NCBI GenBank assembly: GCA_044222185.1
Contig: JBGANV010000001.1
Span: forward strand, 64,001 to 128,000
Source: Planctomycetota bacterium
Lineage (GTDB): Bacteria > Planctomycetota > GCA-002687715 > CAIWVZ01
Reading direction: 5' to 3'
DNA: 64,000 nt
The notes under the pieces are model-generated. The model was not told the DNA's origin and did not search any database. It worked only from the letters and a program-made list of their open reading frames with translations. Below, one piece after another: positions 38,589 to 52,593 of the stretch. A program made the position numbers and the translations under genes. Positions within the stretch are counted from its first letter, which is position 1; each line of letters opens with the position of its first letter.

Positions 38589-39359
38589 ATGCGGATCCGG
38601 TTTCTGGGAACGGGCACGTCGTATGGGGTGCCAAGGCTCTGCTGTGATTGCTCCGTCTGCACGTCGACTGACTCACGGAACCGTCGACTGCGGTCGAGCG
38701 TCGTGATCGAGGGCCCGGAGGGCCGCCTGCTGATCGACGTCACCCCCGACTTCCGCGCGCAGGCTCTCGCGTCCGGGATCCGGGATCTCGGCGGGGTCCT
38801 GATCACGCATTGTCATGCTGACCATTTCTTCGGCATGGACGACCTGCGGGGGATCACGGATCAGCGAACCACGCCGCTCTCCGTTTTTGCTTCGCAGTCG
38901 TCGTCCTCCGAACTCCGGAAGGTCTTCTCCTACGCCTTTCCGCCCGTCGGGTCCCCACGCGTCCCCGGGTTGCCTTACCTTGAGCTCCGGACCGTCCATG
39001 ATCGCGTTGCGCTCGAGGCGTGTGGCTTTCGCGTCCTTCCGATCGCTGCGCCGCATGGTCGTGGCGTCACCTTCGGGTACGTCGTAGGAGGTGCCGCGTA
39101 CTTCACGGACGTGAGCGACCTGCCTGAGACCGTCGTCAGTGAGATTCGCGGGGTCGAAGTGCTGATTCTCGACATGCTTCAGCTCGAGCCACACCCGACG
39201 CACCTGCACCTGGCGCGAAGTCTCGAAATCGCCTCACGGGTCGGAGCTCGTCAGACGTGGTTCATCCATATGGGCCACGAGATCGATCATGCGTCGGTCG
39301 AGGCGATGCTCCCTCATCGGATGCACCTCGCGTTCGACGGTGCTTTCGTCGATCTCTAG
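38589..39359 (+). CDS. MBL-fold metallo-hydrolase (PhnP/YycJ-like phosphodiesterase)
   Basis: FLGTGTS, CDCSVC, RRLRSS, THCHADH, AYFTD, HPTH, HMGH, LAFDG. Confidence 0.92.
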   Translation: MRIRFLGTGTSYGVPRLCCDCSVCTSTDSRNRRLRSSVVIEGPEGRLLIDVTPDFRAQALASGIRDLGGVLITHCHADHFFGMDDLRGITDQRTTPLSVFASQSSSSELRKVFSYAFPPVGSPRVPGLPYLELRTVHDRVALEACGFRVLPIAAPHGRGVTFGYVVGGAAYFTDVSDLPETVVSEIRGVEVLILDMLQLEPHPTHLHLARSLEIASRVGARQTWFIHMGHEIDHASVEAMLPHRMHLAFDGAFVDL

Positions 39360-39364
39360 CGACC

Positions 39365-41233
39365 TCACTTCGCCCCGGCGGAGACGTCGACGACCTGCCA
39401 GGCGCTACGCCATGTCCGTTTGCCAGCTGCAAGCCCTTCGCACCACCAAACGAAACACTCGGCCCCGTTGGCGCGCAGTGCTCCGACGGTGATGGGCGTA
39501 GACAGCGACAGCGATCCGCAGGTGAACGTCGCCGTGCCCGGCATCGTCGACGTAGCCAGCCGCTCGGCGCGGCCCGTCGCGGTGTGACCGGAGGCGACCG
39601 AGGCGTGGAACAGGACCGCGTCGGTGACCGGACTGCCGTCGCCCTGGGCCGCACTGAGAGTGAACGGGCCACTGTCTGAGAGGCGGACGCCGGTTGCCGG
39701 CTCGACGATCGGAGCGCGGCCGATGGACGGGCCGTGCGCCAGGACGACGAAGCGGGGCCGCGCGCCGTCGACCGAGAGGGCGACGATGGCCGGCTGCGGA
39801 GTGGCGTTGGATTCGGCCGCCAGGAGCCGGACGAGATCTGCGCGTGGAAGGCGCACGAGGTCCAGTCCGGCGTCATTTCGGAACGGGCGGCGGACCGCCA
39901 GCGGAAGCGCACCCGAGAGAATGTAGGCGCCGTTCTGCACCGTGACTTCCTGACGCATGGGGGAACCTGGCCCATCGTCGGATGTGTTCGGGTCTCCGAG
40001 GCCGAGGACGAGGACGCGCGCCGGACCTGGGATCTCGTTGAGGTCAGAGAGGAGTGATTCGGCGGTCTTGCCCGCGGCGGCGTAGTTGTCGAGCGAGAGC
40101 CACAGGCATGCGGCCGAGGTCGCGACATAGATCGCGATGAGCATTACCAGCAACCCCCTCGATCGGCCGACGCTCCAAAGCCGGGCCGTCGTGGCCGCAA
40201 CCATCGCGGCGACGATCGCGGAGGGAAACGCGAGTGCCCGCCCCTGCTCCATCGCCGCGCCAACTGCAAAGGTGGGGCTTTGAAGCAGGATCGGCGTGAG
40301 GACGCCTACGGCGCTCGTGGTCAGGACGCGGAGGTCGCCCCTGCGCCGACCATGAAGCAGCCACATCACGAGGACCAAGACGGGCGGGACGAGGAGCCCG
40401 CAGACGATCGGCCATCGCGGAATGCCTCGGGCCGCGAGTAGGACGTCATTCGTCGGGACGGCGAGGTGACCGAGCGAGCGAACGAAGTTCTCGAGCGTGT
40501 GTGGCGAGAAGAGAGCCGGGAGGTAACTCTCGTGATTGTATGCGCCTGCGGCCGAGCCGAAGATCAGGCTCCGCACGTAGGCCCACGCCGCGGCGACCAC
40601 GAACGGAAGGCCAATGCGCACCCACTGCTTCGATCGTTGCAGCCGAGGCCCCGTCGGCAACGCCACGAGGTCCAGAACGAGTCCGGTTGGAACGAGCGCG
40701 AGCGCGGTCTCCTTTGAGCAGAACGCAAGCGTCAACCAGATCAGCCCCGCGCACGAGTGGCGCGGGCGCGCGATCCTTGCGCGGAGAAACAGCAGGGCGA
40801 AGCAGGCAAGGAGGAGGTCGCTTCTCGCAGCAAGCCAGCCCAACGCCTCCGCGGGGGCGGGCGCGGTCGCTGTGAGGACGAACGTGACGGCCATCGCCGC
40901 GCGCCGGGACGAAGCGACGCTTCGCGCGAGCATTGCGGCGCAGAGTGCCATCCCAACCCAGAGCGCCAGGCTTTGAAGGTGATGGCGCCGGCCATCCGCG
41001 CCGAAGGCGAAATGGTCGAGTTGGAACGTCAGAAGCGGGATCGGTCGGAAAGCCTCGAATCCGTCGGCCCACCGCTCCGTGAAGGTCCGAGCGATGCGGT
41101 CAGGGAGACCCGGGAACCGGGTCTGATGTTCGAGGACTTTCACCCCGATGAAGTAGTCGTCTGCAAGGAACCCGACCAGCCGCGCAGGCGAGAGCGTTAC
41201 GGCGATCATGGCGGCGACCGCGACGATGCCCAC
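39365..41233 (-). CDS. GT-C-like (TMTC/PMT-type) membrane glycosyltransferase-like protein
   Basis: ADDY after TM1, FRP, EALGWLAARSDLL, SKETA; soluble beta-rich C-terminus. Confidence 0.7.
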   Translation of the reverse strand: MGIVAVAAMIAVTLSPARLVGFLADDYFIGVKVLEHQTRFPGLPDRIARTFTERWADGFEAFRPIPLLTFQLDHFAFGADGRRHHLQSLALWVGMALCAAMLARSVASSRRAAMAVTFVLTATAPAPAEALGWLAARSDLLLACFALLFLRARIARPRHSCAGLIWLTLAFCSKETALALVPTGLVLDLVALPTGPRLQRSKQWVRIGLPFVVAAAWAYVRSLIFGSAAGAYNHESYLPALFSPHTLENFVRSLGHLAVPTNDVLLAARGIPRWPIVCGLLVPPVLVLVMWLLHGRRRGDLRVLTTSAVGVLTPILLQSPTFAVGAAMEQGRALAFPSAIVAAMVAATTARLWSVGRSRGLLVMLIAIYVATSAACLWLSLDNYAAAGKTAESLLSDLNEIPGPARVLVLGLGDPNTSDDGPGSPMRQEVTVQNGAYILSGALPLAVRRPFRNDAGLDLVRLPRADLVRLLAAESNATPQPAIVALSVDGARPRFVVLAHGPSIGRAPIVEPATGVRLSDSGPFTLSAAQGDGSPVTDAVLFHASVASGHTATGRAERLATSTMPGTATFTCGSLSLSTPITVGALRANGAECFVWWCEGLAAGKRTWRSAWQVVDVSAGAK

Positions 41234-41550
41234 GGCCCAGTAGATGCGTTGTCGTGGCGTCAGGGATCTCTCCGGATCAGGGAATCATGAGGCGAGAGGC
41301 TACCTCGTTGCCCGCGGTCGGCACGCAACGAACCGACCCCGGTTCGCAAATGCCGCGGATGACCCCGCGAGAGGTGGGGCGGAGAGTGCCTCCCGCGATC
41401 GCCGCCGTCGCCCCCCCGGCGGAGGGGGGCGCGCGGCCGGAATTCGGTCGTCCGGTTCAAGAAAATGAGTCCGATTGGCGCGGGCCCGGCAGGCGCCAGC
41501 CCGTGGCTCAATTCCTTAAGCTCTTGTCTCTCAGTCTTTTACGAACGTTT

Positions 41551-41600
41551 CAAAAAAAAGTGCACCAAACCCTTGCGAGGGGGGAGGTCGAACCTACAAT
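41551..41600 (+). promoter_or_regulatory. rRNA operon promoter with UP element
   Basis: A-tract, then TTGCGA-N16-TACAAT, then a GC-rich discriminator. Confidence 0.7.
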
Positions 41601-41860
41601 CCGCGTCCCAAGTTTTGAGGGGATGGTCGAGATGTGCGCGACGAACCATCCTGTTTGCGAAGCTGGGACGCCCGAAACGGGGCGCGCACGACCGGCGAGA
41701 CTGCTCAACAGGATCGCCTCGTCTTTGAAAATCAAATAGGTTGAAGGCGCGAGGGTGCGGTGGACCGCTCTGCGGTTCGCGACCAAGGCACTCTCGTGCG
41801 TGAACCAAGTCAACACCTACGATGGTGCCTTGCAATTAATTATCAACCAGAATCAAAGCT

Positions 41861-43416
<1,556 letters not shown>

Positions 43417-43594
43417 AGGGATTGACTAGAACCTGCAGTGATCGCAAGGTCGCTGCTTGTAAACTTTCGGCGTACCCGATGCGCCTTCAACCTTCCTTCT
43501 TTTCGCAGCAGTTGTCGGGTTCCGCGTTAAGGGCCGATCAGCCTTCGGTGGAACGGCTAATCTCGAAAGAGAGAGGCTACGGTCTGTCGAGACT

Positions 43595-43668
43595 CGGCCC
43601 ATAGCTCAGCTGGTTAGAGCACACGCCTGATAAGCGTGAGGTCGGTAGTTCGAATCTACCTGGGCCGA
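43595..43668 (+). tRNA. tRNA-Ile(GAT)
   Basis: Cloverleaf with CTGATAA anticodon loop and TTCGAAT T-loop; CCA not encoded. Confidence 0.97.
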
Positions 43669-43702
43669 CTTCGTTTCCGCGAAGGCGGCCGGCTCGCTCC
43701 TC

Positions 43703-43775
43703 GGGGGTGTAGCTCAGTTGGGAGAGCGCGTGCTTTGCAAGCATGAGGTCGTGGGTTCGAATCCCATCACCTCCA
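43703..43775 (+). tRNA. tRNA-Ala(TGC)
   Basis: GGGGGTGTAGCTCAG...TTTGCAA anticodon loop...GTTCGAATC; CCA not encoded. Confidence 0.97.
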
Positions 43776-43979
43776 TATGCGGCCGACATGTTGAGCCTCT
43801 CTTGGAGGCGCAACGAAACTGCTCATCGGGGCGGGCGCTATTGCCCGCCGACGATTCGCTCGGATTCGAGCGGAAAGCAAGGTCTTTGACAATCCAATAG
43901 TAAAGTCACGAGATCCTGAGTAATGAATAGCAAAGAAGTGGTGTCAGCCACGATTTGTGTCTCAGAAGAAAATCTCTGT

Positions 43980-46918
<2,939 letters not shown>

Positions 46919-47009
46919 GCTTTTTTGTCCTTCGGCTCACACGAGCCGCATGACAGAAGAGCCGGACACGATCGATGGCTGGCCCCACTTTTCTGCTATT
47001 CAGTTTTTT

Positions 47010-47119
<110 letters not shown>

Positions 47120-47128
47120 TTTATATTG

Positions 47129-47162
47129 AAACGCTGGTCGATGCGACCAGCGTTTTTTTTTT
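47129..47162 (+). terminator. rRNA operon Rho-independent terminator
   Basis: AAACGCTGGTCG-ATG-CGACCAGCGTTT followed by a T run. Confidence 0.92.
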
Positions 47163-47460
47163 GCCTGCATCCGAAATGGCCTGGGTCACGAGACTGCGCT
47201 CGCAGCTCTTGGACTCCACTGGCGCCGTGCGTGAATGCGGAGTGCAGACCGAAACCGGAGTCAGTGTTCGGTGCAGACCCATCCGAGATTTCATCCGGCC
47301 GCGCCCCCTCCGTACTGCGTTTGGCGCTGTTGACATCCGGGTGCGCACCGGGCGACGTGGCTTAGCCGTCGACGGCCCAATCGGGGTGTGTTGCGCATTG
47401 AGTCCGGCGCGCGCGGTTTGCCTACTCGGGGTGGGCGGCTGCCCCCGCGTCGGGTATGAG

Positions 47461-47662
47461 CAAACGCGACCCGGCAAACGCGACCCGGCAACGGCGACCC
47501 GGCAACGGCGACCCGGCAACGGCGACCCGGCAACGGCGACCCGGCAACGGCGACCCGGCAACCGCGACCCGGCAACCGCGACCCGGCAACGGCGACCCGG
47601 CAACCGCGACCCGGCAACCGCGACCCGGCAACCGCGACCCGGCAAACGCGACCCGGCAACCG
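47461..47662. repeat. Tandem repeat, 14-bp unit CAA(AC/CG/CC)GCGACCCGG, ~14.4 copies
   Basis: Counted directly: 14 full units from 47461 to 47656 plus a partial unit. Confidence 0.97.
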
Positions 47663-48005
47663 AGCAGGCCCTCGCGGAGTTGCACTTGGGTGGGAAACTC
47701 GGTGGGCTTCGCGCGCGGATGGTCGCTGTTGGAGTGCGCCCATGAGTCCGGTTCGCGTCGCGGTGGGGGCGTTGGACGCGCCTGACACACTGCCGTGGGC
47801 ACGAGACGGTCGCGGGTACAAAGGGCGCTGGTCGTGGACAGTTAACCGGGGGTGTCTCCGAGTGATATCGGGGGGCTCGGTGTGAACTCGGCCGGGGCGC
47901 CGCTGTGAACGGAAGGCTCGAGCCTCGGTGAATTCGACGCCTCCCGTCCACGCTGACACTGGGCGTTTCCCCCGTGCGGCGTTGTGGCCCGTCGCTTGGC
48001 CAATT

Positions 48006-48307
48006 TCAGCCGCGATCGGCGTTTGCACGGTTCGCACTGTGTTTGGTCACCGGCGCCGACGTCCGGCGTCGCGATTCGGACTTCCACCACGCCAGCGTCG
48101 ACGGGTTTAGATTCCGAGCCTCGGCGAATCGCCGGACCGCGTCGCCGCTCTCGGCCTGTGCCCGCACGGTCTCCAACCACTCCGCCGCCGAGCGCCGCGG
48201 ACTTCGCGGCAGTTCACGTTCGTGCCTCATTCGCGTCCTCCAATTTGACGCGCGCATCCTCCGCACGCTCACCGCCCGGAATCAGGTGCGGGTCGACGAA
48301 CGCGTAC
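48006..48307 (-). mobile_element. IS66-family relic: tnpA-like HTH ORF (48230-48006) with a probable left end
   Basis: RRSAAEWLETVRAQAESGDAVRRFAEARNLNPSTLAWWK resembles IS66 TnpA; GGAGG RBS; minus-strand GTACGCGTTCGTCGACCCG at 48307 resembles IS66 GTAAGCG ends. No tnpB or tnpC. Confidence 0.6.
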
Positions 48308-48393
48308 TTTGCACGCAACGCCGCGGAGCCGGAATCACCTGTCCTGTCGACGGAGCCGCGCGGCAGCCACCGTGGAGGGCAACGCGGCACCTG

Positions 48394-48444
48394 GAGAATC
48401 TGCCGGTGGACTCGAACCGGGAGAATCGGCCTGTGGACTCGCAC
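48394..48444. repeat. Two-copy imperfect direct repeat, 27-bp period
   Basis: GAGAATCTGCCGGTGGACTCGAAC and GAGAATCGGCCTGTGGACTCGCAC. Confidence 0.7.
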
Positions 48445-48653
48445 GTTCGCGCGGCGCCGGGCTGTGCTTGGATCTTGTAAACCACACCGGGGGCGCACGT
48501 CTCCGTTGCTGTTGTGACGAGAGGCGACCCGCGAGGTGCCCCGCCGCGTTGGCCTGCGACGCCGTGGCGCATCGGCGCATCGGCGTGCACCCGAATTCCC
48601 GTCGACGATGCGGAGGCGGACCGCGCGCTGATCTTGCCGGAAGGCGGGTGAAG

Positions 48654-49286
48654 CTATCGCGGTGTGGCTGGACCGCAGCCGCGAATGACGCCGATGACGA
48701 TGCCTCGAATCTGGATGCGGCTGGCGTGGAATGTCATCGGCTTCATCGCCTCGTTTCGTGGCGCGAGGACGATCTGGTCGTCCCGACGATAGATCCGTTT
48801 TACGGTCGCGTCGGTTCCGTCGACCAGGGCAACGACGATGCTTCCGTCGCTCGGTGTCTTCGTGGGGCGGACGACGATCACGTCGCCGTCGCAGATGTGG
48901 TCGTCGATCATCGAGTCGCCGCGGACGCGGAGTGCGTAACAGCTGGACTGGCCGGAGAAGGCCTCTGCCAGGTCGATCTGTTCAGGACATTCGACCGCCT
49001 CGATCGGGTGGCCCGCTGCAATCGTGCCGAGAAGTGGGAGTGAACCCGATCTGGCCGCGGCCGCGCCGGCGTCGCGGGCAAGTCGGATCGAACGCGACTG
49101 GTAGCGCTCGGAGGTGACCCACCCCTTTCGTTGAAGCTCGCGAATGTGCTCGAGGACCGTGGCCTTGTTGATCTTCAGCCGTTCCGCCAGCTCATCGAGC
49201 GTGGGCCCTACGTCGGCGCCGTCGAGGGCTTCCCGGATAGCCTCGAGAAGGTCGTTCTGGCGCTTCGTCAGCGGGAGGCGGTCCAT
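48654..49286 (-). CDS. lexA: SOS repressor LexA
   Basis: LTKRQ, PTLDEL wHTH, RSIRL, IAAG cleavage site, GDSM (Ser), ATVKR (Lys). Confidence 0.95.
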   Translation of the reverse strand: MDRLPLTKRQNDLLEAIREALDGADVGPTLDELAERLKINKATVLEHIRELQRKGWVTSERYQSRSIRLARDAGAAAARSGSLPLLGTIAAGHPIEAVECPEQIDLAEAFSGQSSCYALRVRGDSMIDDHICDGDVIVVRPTKTPSDGSIVVALVDGTDATVKRIYRRDDQIVLAPRNEAMKPMTFHASRIQIRGIVIGVIRGCGPATPR

Positions 49287-49287
49287 C

Positions 49288-49392
49288 TCAGAGGAACGCG
49301 AGGGAGATGAAAACGAGGAGTCCGAGGGCGCGGGTGAGCTCAGGCCAGAGGATCGCGGGAGAGCACCAGCGCGCGACAGCTTGGTTGGACAT
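49288..49392 (-). CDS. Small (34-aa) single-TM peptide directly upstream of lexA
   Basis: AAAGGA RBS before the ATG; hydrophobic C-terminus ALGLLVFISLAFL; stop lies 1 nt before the lexA ATG. Confidence 0.45.
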   Translation of the reverse strand: MSNQAVARWCSPAILWPELTRALGLLVFISLAFL

Positions 49393-49444
49393 GTGAATCC
49401 TTTCAGTGAGAGTTTCGGGATCGAGGCGGGCCAAGGTGAGGTGA

Positions 49445-49473
49445 ATGTTAGGGAGATGTGTGGTGTGTGTCAA
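49445..49473 (-). promoter_or_regulatory. sigma70 promoter of lexA
   Basis: Minus-strand TTGACA-N17-TAACAT. Confidence 0.75.
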
Positions 49474-49532
49474 CGGGCCTCTCGCAAATCTGGCCCGGCC
49501 GGGTCACGGGGGGTGGTTGATACCTTGGCGCC

Positions 49533-51167
49533 ATGCCGTGGAATCAGCCTGTGCGCGCACGTGGTGTCTTGTTGAACCCGGCCGTTCTGGGGACTCGGGA
49601 GGTTTGTGTAGACACGTTGGTGATCGGTGGCGGCGTGGCCGGCTATCGCGCGGCAATCGAGGCAGCGCGCTCGGGGACCGTGCTCGTCGTCACGAAGGAC
49701 TCGTTTCGCGAGAGCAACAGCGACTACGCCCAGGGGGGCGTCGCCGCGGTCCTCGGGGACGACGATTCTCTTGCTGCACACCGGGACGACACGCTCGCAG
49801 TCGGGCAGGGCCTTTGCGAGCGCTCGGCCGTCGAGCTCGTCGTCGCCGAGGGACCGGAACTCATTCGTGAATTGATCGATTGGGGTGGGCAATTCGACTC
49901 CGCTGGTGGACGGCTCGATTTGACACTCGAGGGGGGACATAGCCGCAGGCGCGTGGTCCACGCACGCGGGGACGCGACTGGCCAGGAGGTGCAGACGACC
50001 CTCCTCCGCACCGTACGAGCGAACCCTCGGATCTCGATCTGGGAGTACTCGTTCGCCGTCGACGTCGTGATTGACGGCGGCGAGTGTCTTGGTGCCGTCG
50101 TTTTGAGGGAGAAGCGCGATGCCTACGCCGTCTTTGCGAAGGCGACGATCCTTGCGACGGGTGGGTCCGGGCGCCTTTATCGCGAAACCACCAATCCGGA
50201 GATCGCGACCGCCGACGGTCTCGGAATCGCCTACCGAGCCGGGGCGACGATCCGTGACATCGAGTTCATTCAGTTCCACCCGACGACTCTCTATGTCGCC
50301 GGCGCAGCCCGGCACCTCATCACGGAAGCGGTTCGCGGAGAGGGCGGCCGACTGGTCGACGAGCACGGTGAACGGTTCGCGTTCAACTACCATCCTTCGG
50401 GCGAGTTGGCTCCTCGTGATGTCGTCAGTCGGGCGATCGTCTCGCACCTTGCCGCCACGAAACAGTCGTGCGTGTATCTGGATCTGAGACATCTCGGAGA
50501 TCGAGTTTCGACACGATTTCCGGGGATTACGAAGGTTTGCGCCGTCTACAACATCGACGTGCGCCGGGACCTGATCCCCGTACTTCCGTCGGCGCACTAC
50601 CAAGTCGGGGGAGTCGTGGCCGGGGTGAACGGGGAGACGAGCGTCCCGGGGCTATTCGCCGCCGGAGAGGTGGCGTCCTCGGGGTTGCACGGGGCCAACC
50701 GCCTCGCGAGCAACTCGCTTCTCGAAGGCCTGGTCTTCGGCCGGCGCGCCGGCGCGACCGCCGGGAGTACGGATCGACCGCTGCGGAAACTCGCCCAGCT
50801 GCGGGGCGCACAGTTCTCCCTGCCGGGGTCGGTCATTCACGTTCCCGACATGGTCAACAGCATCAGGAGCCTCATGTGGAAGGCCGCCGGAATCACTCGC
50901 CGACATGACGGCCTCGAGAAGGCCCTCAAGACCCTCACCGCCTGGAACGACTACGTCGAGCATTGCGAATTTCAGGACGGGCGAGGATTCGAGCTGGTGA
51001 ACCTGCTCACTGGTGCCATCCTCGTCGTGACGGCAGCGCTCTGGCGACTGGAGAGTCGCGGGACGCACTATCGTGCCGACTTCCCGGAGACCGTCGATTC
51101 GACGTTCCGGGTTCACTCGATCCAACAACAGGGAGAGCCCCTGCGTGCGCAACCGGTCACAGGGTAA
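49533..51167 (+). CDS. nadB: L-aspartate oxidase
   Basis: GGGVAG, NSDYAQGG, EGGHSRRR, QFHPT, TEAVRGEG, LAPRD, GLHGANRLASNSLLEG, ESRGTHYR. Start may be ~49570. Confidence 0.95.
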   Translation: MPWNQPVRARGVLLNPAVLGTREVCVDTLVIGGGVAGYRAAIEAARSGTVLVVTKDSFRESNSDYAQGGVAAVLGDDDSLAAHRDDTLAVGQGLCERSAVELVVAEGPELIRELIDWGGQFDSAGGRLDLTLEGGHSRRRVVHARGDATGQEVQTTLLRTVRANPRISIWEYSFAVDVVIDGGECLGAVVLREKRDAYAVFAKATILATGGSGRLYRETTNPEIATADGLGIAYRAGATIRDIEFIQFHPTTLYVAGAARHLITEAVRGEGGRLVDEHGERFAFNYHPSGELAPRDVVSRAIVSHLAATKQSCVYLDLRHLGDRVSTRFPGITKVCAVYNIDVRRDLIPVLPSAHYQVGGVVAGVNGETSVPGLFAAGEVASSGLHGANRLASNSLLEGLVFGRRAGATAGSTDRPLRKLAQLRGAQFSLPGSVIHVPDMVNSIRSLMWKAAGITRRHDGLEKALKTLTAWNDYVEHCEFQDGRGFELVNLLTGAILVVTAALWRLESRGTHYRADFPETVDSTFRVHSIQQQGEPLRAQPVTG

Positions 51168-52593
51168 TCCGGCGAAGGACTACGCCGGCGATCGTCGCCG
51201 AAAGAAGGGCGTCGATCCATCGCAGAACCGAGACTTTCGAGTCGTGCCGGAGGGCACCGCTCCTCCGGAGGAGCGTGCGATCCTCATCTCGGTCGGTACG
51301 GACGCGCATGCCGAGGACGGCGAGCTTCCGACGCTCGACGAACTCGCCGAGCTGGCGCGAACAGCCGGCGCCCGCGTCGTCGGTCGCCTCTACCAGCGAA
51401 GGATCAAGCGCGACGCCGCCACCTATCTCGGGAAGGGAAAAGTGGACGAGCTGAAGAAGATGATGGAGGAAGCCAAGGCCAACCTCGTCGTCGCCGACGA
51501 CGACCTTTCACCGGCGCAGGTGCGGAATCTCGAAGAGGTCATCCAAACCCGCGTCATCGACCGGTCCGAACTCATCATCGACATCTTCGCCCGTCATGCG
51601 CGCACACCGCAGGCGAAGTTGCAGGTCGAACTTGCGCAGCTGCAGTACATGTCGCCCCGGTTGAAGCGCATGTGGACACACCTCTCGCGCATCACGGGAA
51701 CGGGCGGCGTGGGTTCGCGCGGTCCCGGCGAGAAACAGATCGAGGTCGACCGCCGCCTGGTGAAACGGCGAATCGAAGAACTTCGAGCCGAGCTCGGCGC
51801 GATCGAGGGCCGCCGCGAACGCCTGGTGCGCGCACGGGGCGACGTGTTCAACGTGGCGCTCGTCGGATACACGAACGTCGGCAAGTCGACGCTCATGAAC
51901 CGGCTGACGGGTGCAGATGTCTTCGTCGCCGACATGCTGTTTGCGACGCTCGACACTCGCACGCGCAAGATGGACGTGGGGGATGCTGCGCAGGTCCTGC
52001 TTTCCGACACGGTCGGGTTCATCGACAAGCTCCCGCATCACCTCGTAGCCTCGTTCCACGCGACGCTCGCCGAGGTGACCTCTGCAGATTTGTTGCTTCA
52101 CGTCGTCGATGGCGCGGATGACGATGCGGACCACAAGATCCAGATCGTGCGAGACGTGCTCAAAGCCATCGGTGCCGCGGGGATCCCCGAACTGCTCGTG
52201 ATCAACAAGGCGGACCGGGTCACCGACCGGCTGGCCTTCGACGCCTTTCGGGCGCGGATCGGAGACCACGTCGTCACGTCGGCGGTCACCGGCGAGGGGC
52301 TCGACCTCATCCGGGCACGCGTCCGTGAGGGAGCCTCCGCCTTCGAGGAGGTGCTCGACCTCGAGGTTCCGGCTGCCGACGGGAAGACGCTTGCGTTGAT
52401 CGCCTCCACGAGCACGGTCGTCACGCGAGAATACGTCGACGAAACCTGCAGGGTCCGGGTCCGCGTCCCGCGGGTCCATGCGCACCTTTTCGAGAAGTTC
52501 GTCGCTACCAGTACCGGTGCTTCTGCGCCTGCGGGAAGCGGGCGGCGAGGTAGTCGGAAAGGCGGACCTCGTCCGGGAAGAGGAACGACATGA
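51145..52593 (+). CDS. hflX: GTPase HflX
   Basis: LSPAQVRNLE, QVELAQL, RGPGEKQIEVDRR, GYTNVGKST, LFATLD, DTVGF, NKAD. Confidence 0.96.
   Translation: MRNRSQGNPAKDYAGDRRRKKGVDPSQNRDFRVVPEGTAPPEERAILISVGTDAHAEDGELPTLDELAELARTAGARVVGRLYQRRIKRDAATYLGKGKVDELKKMMEEAKANLVVADDDLSPAQVRNLEEVIQTRVIDRSELIIDIFARHARTPQAKLQVELAQLQYMSPRLKRMWTHLSRITGTGGVGSRGPGEKQIEVDRRLVKRRIEELRAELGAIEGRRERLVRARGDVFNVALVGYTNVGKSTLMNRLTGADVFVADMLFATLDTRTRKMDVGDAAQVLLSDTVGFIDKLPHHLVASFHATLAEVTSADLLLHVVDGADDDADHKIQIVRDVLKAIGAAGIPELLVINKADRVTDRLAFDAFRARIGDHVVTSAVTGEGLDLIRARVREGASAFEEVLDLEVPAADGKTLALIASTSTVVTREYVDETCRVRVRVPRVHAHLFEKFVATSTGASAPAGSGRRGSRKGGPRPGRGTT

Noticed and set aside
47312-47326. GTACTGCGTTTGGCG as the IS66 right inverted repeat
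   Set aside because: Weak match requiring a gap, and the flanks show no 8-bp target-site duplication.
47461-47662. CRISPR array, or a repeat-protein CDS (ORFs 47161-47745, 47121-47951)
   Set aside because: Units are contiguous 14-mers with no spacers and no cas genes nearby; the ORFs are open only because the repeat lacks stop codons.
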